Positions 45,701 through 52,464 of a stretch of DNA of 52,464 bases are shown piece after piece. Made by a program: the position numbers and the translations under genes. Below the pieces are notes generated by a model. It saw nothing but the letters and a program-made list of their open reading frames with translations. It did not search any database and was not told where the DNA came from. Positions within the stretch are counted from its first letter, which is position 1; each line of letters begins with the position of its first letter. This stretch comes from an uncultured Bacilli bacterium (lineage in GTDB: Bacteria; Bacillota_I; Bacilli_A; RF39; UBA660), in the NCBI GenBank assembly GCA_947626535.1, contig CANQSO010000002.1, positions 1 through 52,464 of the forward strand. The letters run 5' to 3'.

Positions 45701-47752
45701 TTATTTGACAGTTGCTATTTGATACCCTTTATTATTAAATTTAACAATAATACTTCCATCTCTATCAGTTCGATATATTTTAGAATTTTCTAAATTTTTT
45801 AATACACTATCTTTAGGATGACCATATCGATTATTTTTTCCAACACTTATAATACTATATTTAGGTTTTATTTTATCTATAAAATACTTGCTACTACTTG
45901 TATCTGAACCATGATGTCCTACTTTTAAAAAAGTAATATTTTTTAAATTATATTTTTTCAATAAATCATTTTCTTTTTCAATTCCAGCATCACCCATAAA
46001 AAGAAATTGATAATTTAAATAACTAAAATAAATTACATTAGAATTATCATTTTCATTATTATATTTTTTAGTATTTAAAAATTGTAATTGTCCTTTATCA
46101 AATTTTAAATTTTTTATTCCTCTTTCATATTTAATTTTTCTTTTATCTAATTCTTTAATAATATTAGATTCTAAATCATTAAAATCATCATTATTAAAAA
46201 TAACTTTTTCAATTTTAATTTTATTTAATAAATCAATAGTATTTCCAGCATGATCATAATCACCATGGGTGAGTATTAAATTATCGACTTTACTAATACC
46301 TAAACTATTTAAATAACTAACAATATTATTAACTGTATAATTAATACTTTTTTTCTTAGCCCAATCTTGATTTTCATAATTATAGGTTCCACCTGTATCA
46401 ATTAAAGTAACATTGTTTAAATTATTACTAACTAAAAGACTACTATCTCCTTGCCCAACACTTAAATAAGTTATATTTAATTTAGTAGTTATAAATGGCA
46501 AAAAATGAATTAAGAAAACAAAGCAAATTAAAATTTTAAAATAATTTTTACTATGATAATAAAAAGCTTTATAAAATAGATAATAATAAATAATCCACAA
46601 AATAATATTTACTTTAGGTAATATTAAGATTCCCAATTTAATATTTTCGGCTATTTTATTTAAGAAAATAAACAATGTTGTAAATCCTTCAAATATAATA
46701 TTAAAAATTGGCAAGATAAAAGTTAATAAAGCTAAAGGATATAATATAGTAGATACTAAAGGAATGGCTATTAAATTAAATAATATAGTTAAAAAATTTA
46801 CTTTATAAAAATTACTTGCAGTAATAGGTAAAGTAATAAAGAAAATAAAAGTGCTAGTTTTTAACAAATCTTTAATTTTATTTTCTTTATCAAAATGATA
46901 AGTTAAAAGACCAAAAGATATTAAAAAAGAATAAATAAAACCTATATCATATAAATAAAAAGGATCTATAAATAACATTAAGCATATAACTAATATTAAA
47001 ATTTGTATATTAGTTATTTTTAATTTATTAGTAAAAGTTTTAAAAGTATAAAATAAAACACTTCTTAATATTGATGGTGTAAAACCTACTAAAAAGGTAT
47101 AAAACCATAAAAATATTAAAGTAATTTTTGGCTTTTTTAAATATTTATTTTTACTTAAAATTAAGATAAATAATGATATATGCATTCCGGATATAGCAAA
47201 TAAATGACTAAGACCATTTTCTCTAAATAATTCATTATCTATATCATCTTTAACTCCTAATAATAAAGCTTTTAAATATTCATTATTATTAATATTATTT
47301 AATCTTTTATAACACCAATTTTTTAATTTAAAGAAGATATTTTGATTAGAATATCTTTTTAAATTATTAGCTTTAAATAGATAATAAATATGGTGATGTT
47401 CTAAATATTTTTGATAGGAAAAAACATTAGGTATGTCATTTCCTAAAGGAACTTCTAGTTTTCCTTTAAAAATAAGATAATCATTAAATCCTAATGTTTT
47501 TTCTAATTCTTTCTTTTCTTCTTCGGTTTTTAAATAATAATTAACAATAACCTTTTCTTTAGCTTTAATAGTTAATTTTAATAAATCGCCATTAAATTCA
47601 TAGTCTAAAACACGACCTTCTAAAGACGTTTCACCTCCATTTAAAATACTTTCATGTTTAATAAAGAAAAGATTAAACAAACACCAAATAATAACTAGAC
47701 TAATTAAAACTTTAAACAGTGATGTAGTCTTTAATTTTGGCATATACCGCAT
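45701..47752 (-). CDS. comEC: DNA internalisation competence protein ComEC/Rec2
   Basis: Polytopic competence domain (GLSHLFAISGMHI) plus a C-terminal metallo-beta-lactamase domain (LTHGDYDHAGN, VGHHGS). An alternative start is ATG 47743. The gene overlaps the comEA 3-prime end. Confidence 0.92.
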   Translation of the reverse strand: MRYMPKLKTTSLFKVLISLVIIWCLFNLFFIKHESILNGGETSLEGRVLDYEFNGDLLKLTIKAKEKVIVNYYLKTEEEKKELEKTLGFNDYLIFKGKLEVPLGNDIPNVFSYQKYLEHHHIYYLFKANNLKRYSNQNIFFKLKNWCYKRLNNINNNEYLKALLLGVKDDIDNELFRENGLSHLFAISGMHISLFILILSKNKYLKKPKITLIFLWFYTFLVGFTPSILRSVLFYTFKTFTNKLKITNIQILILVICLMLFIDPFYLYDIGFIYSFLISFGLLTYHFDKENKIKDLLKTSTFIFFITLPITASNFYKVNFLTILFNLIAIPLVSTILYPLALLTFILPIFNIIFEGFTTLFIFLNKIAENIKLGILILPKVNIILWIIYYYLFYKAFYYHSKNYFKILICFVFLIHFLPFITTKLNITYLSVGQGDSSLLVSNNLNNVTLIDTGGTYNYENQDWAKKKSINYTVNNIVSYLNSLGISKVDNLILTHGDYDHAGNTIDLLNKIKIEKVIFNNDDFNDLESNIIKELDKRKIKYERGIKNLKFDKGQLQFLNTKKYNNENDNSNVIYFSYLNYQFLFMGDAGIEKENDLLKKYNLKNITFLKVGHHGSDTSSSKYFIDKIKPKYSIISVGKNNRYGHPKDSVLKNLENSKIYRTDRDGSIIVKFNNKGYQIATVK

Positions 47753-48401
47753 CGCCTATTCCAGAGATATTTTTAATATCTTCAATTGTTCTAAAGGCTC
47801 CGCAAGTACTACGATACTGAATGATACTTTCAGCTTTAGATGAACCAATACCATTTAAGGTTTCAAGTTCTTCTTTACTAGCCGTATTTAAATTTATTTT
47901 ACCACTAGTCTTACTAGTCGTAGTTTTTTTACTGGTCTCACTACTACCACCAATAATAGAAGAATTTTCATTTAATTCATCGGTAATATTAGCATCACCC
48001 AACTTATCGCTTTGCTTCATTTCTTTTACTTCATCTTTCGTATAAACAATAATAACCATTTCATTAGCTAATTTTTTGCTTAAATTAAGATTAGAAGTAT
48101 CAGCATTACTCATAAGTCCCCCAGAAGCTTTAATTAAGTCATTAACAACTGAACCAGTTTCTAATTCGTAAACACCAGGATTTCTAACGGCACCTTTGAT
48201 ATCCACCCTTAGTTTACTAGAATCTTCTTGTTCTTCATCTTCGTATTCACTCATATCTAAAGTTTCAACGGGACAATGAAAGGCTTCTTCGGCACTAGCA
48301 TCTTTTAAATAAAGTATTCCCATCAATATACATGCGAGCGCTAAAAAACCGGTAATGAAAAGAAATTTCTTTTCAACAATAAAGTCTTTAAAATTTTCCA
48401 T
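47712..48401 (-). CDS. comEA: Competence protein ComEA (SLBB + helix-hairpin-helix DNA receptor)
   Basis: N-terminal TM, SLBB-like VDIKGAVRNPGVYEL, and a C-terminal tandem HhH (INLNTASKEELETLNGIGSSKAESII...ISGIGDAVYAKI). AAAGGAGG RBS. Confidence 0.9.
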   Translation of the reverse strand: MENFKDFIVEKKFLFITGFLALACILMGILYLKDASAEEAFHCPVETLDMSEYEDEEQEDSSKLRVDIKGAVRNPGVYELETGSVVNDLIKASGGLMSNADTSNLNLSKKLANEMVIIVYTKDEVKEMKQSDKLGDANITDELNENSSIIGGSSETSKKTTTSKTSGKINLNTASKEELETLNGIGSSKAESIIQYRSTCGAFRTIEDIKNISGIGDAVYAKIKDYITV

Positions 48402-48483
48402 AGGTCCTCCTTTCTAAGAAGATACAATACTATCTTCTACTAATATATTCCCCCAAAAATATTGATTTCCTTTTTTTTCGCAC

Positions 48484-48514
48484 AAAAAAAATACATTGGT
48501 CTGTCAACCAACAT
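48484..48514 (-). terminator. Hairpin plus U-run ending the comEA leader transcript (candidate attenuator)
   Basis: Minus strand reads AUGUUGGU-UGACAG-ACCAAUGU (8 bp including two G-U pairs) followed by AUUUUUUUU, about 80 nt upstream of the comEA ATG. Confidence 0.5.
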
Positions 48515-48766
48515 ATTTTTCCGTGGACGAATAAAGTAAATACATATATTGACAGATATAAATACTACTCTCCTATCGAATCCCACATGCACGTACAACT
48601 TAACGGCCGATAAGACACCCTATTCAACGGCGAAATAGATGACTCAAAATCATAATAGAAACATCCGATCGGACGAAAATTCATCAACAATCTTAAGAAA
48701 TAAATATACTTCAAAGAAATATAAATATCTCACAGGTGTTTCAAATCATTTCACCTACCATTAAGC
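48515..48766 (-). ncRNA. Candidate structured leader or small RNA upstream of comEA, class unknown
   Basis: The segment is bounded by a near-consensus promoter and a terminator, and is visibly more G+C rich than other intergenic DNA here. It contains several local hairpins. Neither strand has an ORF with an RBS. Confidence 0.35.
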
Positions 48767-48772
48767 ATCTTA

Positions 48773-48801
48773 AATATATCATACTCATCTATGGCTGTCA
48801 A
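48773..48801 (-). promoter_or_regulatory. Sigma-A-type promoter driving the comEA leader
   Basis: Minus strand reads TTGACA (48801-48796)-17 nt-TATATT (48778-48773). Confidence 0.55.
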
Positions 48802-48837
48802 TCATTTTTCAAAAATTTTTCAAAAAAAAATTTTAGT

Positions 48838-49704
48838 TTACATTTTACGTGTTAAATTAATTTGATATAAACTTTCAATTATTTTATTTTGTTCTTCTTC
48901 ATTAGCATTTTGTAATTTTTTTATTAATCCTTTTTTAGTCATTAGAAGAGTTTTTTTATCATAAGTTGAAGTAACATTTGGATTTACAATTGCTAAATAA
49001 ACTGGTAGATCTTGTAACATTTTATTTTGGCTCTCTAACTCTTTTTTTTGTTTTTGAAATTCATTCCATTTTATTTTAGCAAATAATTTATAAGCATTTG
49101 ATATATGATAAAATTTATCATAAGGCCATATTTCAGTAAAAGCTTCATTGTAAATTTCTATAATACTTTGATAATCTTTAATGACCTCATACCAATCACT
49201 ATTATAATAATAATCATATTTATCTTCATCAATATCAGTATATAATAAACTATATCTTAATTTATAGAATAATTTATATGTTTTATCTTTAATATAAATA
49301 GATTCCATAATCATTTTTTCATTTAGTGTATTTGATAAATAATTTCTAATTATTTTATAATATTCGCTTAAATCACTATAATTTTCTTCAGTTAAAACTT
49401 TACTATAATTATCTTTATTAATTAAGTTATTATAATTATAATTTATATCTTTAAGATTACTTATTATAAATCCGATATTATTGCTATATAAGTCTACATT
49501 ACCATTTATTTTTTCTAAATTACGAATTTTAGTTTTATCTTGCCAATATTGTTTTTGAATATATTTAAAATATTTACTATATTTATTAACAAGATTTTTT
49601 TGATAATTTTTAATCTTACCAGTATTTTCTTTTTTTAAAGCTTTTAATTGTTTTAATATTTCTTCTAATTTTTTTAATTCTTCTTCAGTATACCATATAT
49701 TCAT
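48838..49704 (-). CDS. Hypothetical Tyr/Asn/Lys-rich protein (288 aa)
   Basis: GGAGGG RBS before ATG 49704, with coiled-coil-like ends. No recognisable domain. Confidence 0.62.
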   Translation of the reverse strand: MNIWYTEEELKKLEEILKQLKALKKENTGKIKNYQKNLVNKYSKYFKYIQKQYWQDKTKIRNLEKINGNVDLYSNNIGFIISNLKDINYNYNNLINKDNYSKVLTEENYSDLSEYYKIIRNYLSNTLNEKMIMESIYIKDKTYKLFYKLRYSLLYTDIDEDKYDYYYNSDWYEVIKDYQSIIEIYNEAFTEIWPYDKFYHISNAYKLFAKIKWNEFQKQKKELESQNKMLQDLPVYLAIVNPNVTSTYDKKTLLMTKKGLIKKLQNANEEEQNKIIESLYQINLTRKM

Positions 49705-49795
49705 AATTACCCTCCAAGCATTAAATATTTTATGATATTACTTATTATCAGTCAAGAGTAACTTTTGTCGAATTATTGCTATAGAATTTTAGACT

Positions 49796-49820
49796 AAAAA
49801 AGAAGACTTTTCATCTTCTT
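49796..49820 (-). terminator. Rho-independent terminator of rpoC
   Basis: Minus strand reads AAGAAGA-7 nt-TCTTCTT followed by TTTTT, starting 5 nt after the rpoC stop. Confidence 0.6.
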
Positions 49821-49824
49821 ATTT

Positions 49825-52464
49825 TTATTCCATTGGTGAAGATACACTATCAAAACCATCACCCATTAAGTTTTCTTCTAACATTTCCGCAGCTTCATCA
49901 TCCATAAATTGTTTTTGTAAAGTAAGTTCAATATCACTGTATTGTCTTGCTCCAGTACCAGCTGGAATTAACTTACCAATAATAACGTTTTCTTTTAAAC
50001 CACGTAAGTAATCAACACTACCTTTAATAGCAGCATCTGTTAAGACTTTAGTAGTTTCTTGGAATGATGCAGCAGATAAGAATGAATCAGTTTGAAGACT
50101 ACTCTTAGTTATACCAAGCATGATTGGACGTCCTTTAGCAGGAATACCACCATTTAATAAGACTGGTTTATTAGCTTCTGTAAATTCATGTAAGGAAATA
50201 CTTAAGCCTTCAACTAAGTTTGTATCTCCTGGATCAACGATTCTTATTTTATTAATCATTCTCTTAACAATGATTTCGATATGTTTATCAGAAATATCAA
50301 CACCTTGTAATTTATAAACCATTTGAATTTCTTTTAAGATATATTCTTGAGCTGTAAGTGGGTCAGTAACGGCAAGTAATTCTTTTGGAGAAATAACTCC
50401 TTCAGTTAATTTATCACCGGCTTGAACAGTATCCCCAACACTTACTCTTACTTTCATGTTGTAGTTTGTAACATGTTCTCTTGCTTCAACGTCATTTTCT
50501 ACAACAATACGGTGTTTTCCATTATCTTCTTTGATACTTGCAACTTTACCAGCAATTTCGGAAATAGTTGCTTTACCTTTTGGATTACGAGCTTCAAATA
50601 ATTCTTCAACTCTAGGTAAACCTTGCGTAATATCTTCGCCTGATGCAACACCACCTGAGTGGAAAGTACGCATGGTAAGTTGGGTACCAGGTTCACCAAT
50701 TGATTGAGCAGCCATAATACCAACAGCTTCACCAGTTTCAACAATATTACCAGTAGCAAGATTTCGACCATAACATTTTTGACATACACCATTAGGTGTT
50801 TTACAAGTTAAGGCACTTCTTATTTCAACTTGAGTTATACCAGCATCAGTAATTTTCTTAACAATATTTTCCGTAATCATTTCATTTTTATCAATAATTA
50901 CTTCTTTAGTTTCAGGATTAACTACCTTTTTAGCAGTATATCTACCTAAAATACGTTCAGCAAGTGGTTCTATTACACTACCATCTTTATCATTAATTAA
51001 ATCTTTAACAACAACACCTTGGATACTTCCACAATCGCTTTCTTTAACAATGATGTCTTGAACAACTTCAACTAAACGACGAGTTAAATATCCAGAGTCA
51101 GCCGTACGTAAAGCGGTATCAGCAGAACCTTTTCTTGAACCATGACTTGATAAGAAGAATTCAGATACGCTTAACCCTTCAGAGAAGTTAGATAATACTG
51201 GAATTTCAATCGTAGAACCATCTGGTTTAGCCATTAAACCACGCATACCAGCTAATTGGGTAAAGTTAGAAATTGAACCACGAGCTCCTGAATTCATCAT
51301 CATAAATAATGGATTATCAAAGTCACCATCAGCAACTTGTTGTAATTCTTCTTTAATAGCATCATTAGCTTTATTCCAAATTTCAATAACTTTATTGTAA
51401 CGTTCTTCTTCGGTAATTAAACCTCTTGAGAATTGTTTATTAACTTTATCTACTAAAGCTTTAGAATCAGCTACAACTTGAGCTTTTGTCTTAGAAGGTA
51501 CAATATCGGCAGCAGAAACCGTAATACCAGCAATAGTTGAATACTTAAATCCTAAATCCTTTAACTTATCAAGGAAAATAGAAGTTTCAGTCGTTTTATA
51601 TCTTTTAAATACTTGAGCAATTATCTTACTTAAAGTACTTTTAACAAATGGTGTACTTAAAGGTAGAGCTTTAACTCTTTCAGGAATATTTGAACCTCTT
51701 TCAATAAAATATTTACTTGGTGTAATACCTTCAATATTTTCTTTAGTAGGTTCATTAATATATGGATAACTATCCGGTAAAATTTCATTAAAGATAATCT
51801 TACCACAAGTTGTAATTAAATATTTATCCATTTGTTCTTCGGTAAAGATTTTATGTTTAAATGAAGATACAGGTACAACAATTCTTGTATGTAAAGTTAT
51901 TTCTTTACGATTGTAAGCCATTAAAACTTCATTAGAATCTTTATATACTTTACCTTCATGTTCTTCATCTGCTTTTTCTTGAGTTAAATAACAGTTACCT
52001 AACACCATATCTTGACTTGGCGTAACAATTGGTTTTCCATCTTTAGGATTTAAAATGTTTTGAGCACCAAGCATTAAGATTCTAGCTTCAGCTTTTGCTT
52101 CTTCAGATAAAGGAACATGAACAGCCATTTGATCACCATCGAAGTCTGCATTAAATCCGGTACAAACAAGTGGATGTAAACGAATAGCTTTTCCCCCAAC
52201 TAATTTAGGCTCAAATGCTTGAATTCCTAGACGGTGTAGAGTTGGAGCACGGTTTAACATTACTGGATGTTCAGTAATAACATCTTCAACAACATCCCAT
52301 ACACAATCATCTTTAGCATCAATTAACTTTTTAGCACCCTTAATGTTATGAGCAAGTCCACGTTCAACTAAACCATGAATAACATGAGGTTTAAATAACT
52401 CTAAAGCCATATCTTTTGGAATACCACATTGATACATCTTTAAGTTAGGTCCAACAACAATAAC
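49825..52464 (-). CDS. rpoC: DNA-directed RNA polymerase beta-prime subunit, C-terminal roughly 880 codons (5-prime end lies beyond the window)
   Basis: [12 protein letters not shown] catalytic loop, plus the bridge helix and trigger loop regions ([17 protein letters not shown]). The frame stays open to the window edge. Confidence 0.97.
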   Translation of the reverse strand, partial: VIVVGPNLKMYQCGIPKDMALELFKPHVIHGLVERGLAHNIKGAKKLIDAKDDCVWDVVEDVITEHPVMLNRAPTLHRLGIQAFEPKLVGGKAIRLHPLVCTGFNADFDGDQMAVHVPLSEEAKAEARILMLGAQNILNPKDGKPIVTPSQDMVLGNCYLTQEKADEEHEGKVYKDSNEVLMAYNRKEITLHTRIVVPVSSFKHKIFTEEQMDKYLITTCGKIIFNEILPDSYPYINEPTKENIEGITPSKYFIERGSNIPERVKALPLSTPFVKSTLSKIIAQVFKRYKTTETSIFLDKLKDLGFKYSTIAGITVSAADIVPSKTKAQVVADSKALVDKVNKQFSRGLITEEERYNKVIEIWNKANDAIKEELQQVADGDFDNPLFMMMNSGARGSISNFTQLAGMRGLMAKPDGSTIEIPVLSNFSEGLSVSEFFLSSHGSRKGSADTALRTADSGYLTRRLVEVVQDIIVKESDCGSIQGVVVKDLINDKDGSVIEPLAERILGRYTAKKVVNPETKEVIIDKNEMITENIVKKITDAGITQVEIRSALTCKTPNGVCQKCYGRNLATGNIVETGEAVGIMAAQSIGEPGTQLTMRTFHSGGVASGEDITQGLPRVEELFEARNPKGKATISEIAGKVASIKEDNGKHRIVVENDVEAREHVTNYNMKVRVSVGDTVQAGDKLTEGVISPKELLAVTDPLTAQEYILKEIQMVYKLQGVDISDKHIEIIVKRMINKIRIVDPGDTNLVEGLSISLHEFTEANKPVLLNGGIPAKGRPIMLGITKSSLQTDSFLSAASFQETTKVLTDAAIKGSVDYLRGLKENVIIGKLIPAGTGARQYSDIELTLQKQFMDDEAAEMLEENLMGDGFDSVSSPME

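Noticed and set aside
45669-45722. Long imperfect hairpin (TAGCAACTG ... CAGTTGCTA) at the comEC stop, considered as a rho-independent terminator
   Set aside because: No U-run follows the stem on the minus strand, and the loop is about 35 nt. It is noted only as possible structure overlapping a candidate promoter for the downstream gene.
48515-48600. Resemblance of GGAGAGUAG ... GUUGACAGACC in the comEA leader to yybP-ykoY (Mn) riboswitch boxes, and of AGAGAGUA to T-box stem I
   Set aside because: Only short fragments match. The spacing and four-way-junction pairing cannot be built. There is no T-box (GGUGGUACCGCG-like) sequence. The downstream gene (comEA) does not fit either regulon.
50120-50792. 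Short ORFs 50120..50317 (+) and 50499..50792 (-) within rpoC
   Set aside because: Both are embedded in the strongly conserved rpoC reading frame and are off-frame or antisense artefacts.

Overview
This is a 52.5 kb window from a very AT-rich bacterial chromosome. It uses the standard code: TGA acts as a stop at trmD, murT and the M48 gene, and the long conserved ORFs contain no in-frame TGA. Peptidoglycan genes (mraY, a class B PBP with a PASTA domain, murT/gatD) alongside comEA/comEC, rnhC and ppdK point to a wall-bearing low-GC Bacillota. I guess Erysipelotrichales-like, but did not test that. About 90% of the coding sequence is on the minus strand. Most of it is housekeeping: rpoC 3-prime part, comEA-comEC, holA, rnhC, murT-gatD, a Xer-type recombinase, ppdK, recD2, lepB, rbgA-rnhB, an LtaS-like gene, topA, rimM-trmD-rplS, tlyA, PBP-mraY and LemA/DUF2207. 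I found no rRNA, tRNA, CRISPR array or complete IS element.

The parts worth a second look are:
- An insert of about 4.9 kb between lepB and rbgA. It carries a decayed DUF1016/YhcG nuclease gene, RhuM, a small SWIM protein, KilA-N, a membrane XRE regulator and a GNAT.
- A five-gene orphan block between rplS and tlyA that includes a protein-kinase-like plus SWIM bicistron.
- A solitary GmrSD-like DUF262/DUF1524 gene.
- A GatD that appears to lack both catalytic residues.
- A structured, terminator-ended leader or ncRNA candidate of about 280 nt upstream of comEA.
- A perfect 4 x 21 bp tandem repeat in a promoter region.
- A compositionally atypical secreted protein inserted between comEC and holA.

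All protein calls come from motifs I recognise by eye and from memory. No database search was run, and every family name should be confirmed with HMM searches.
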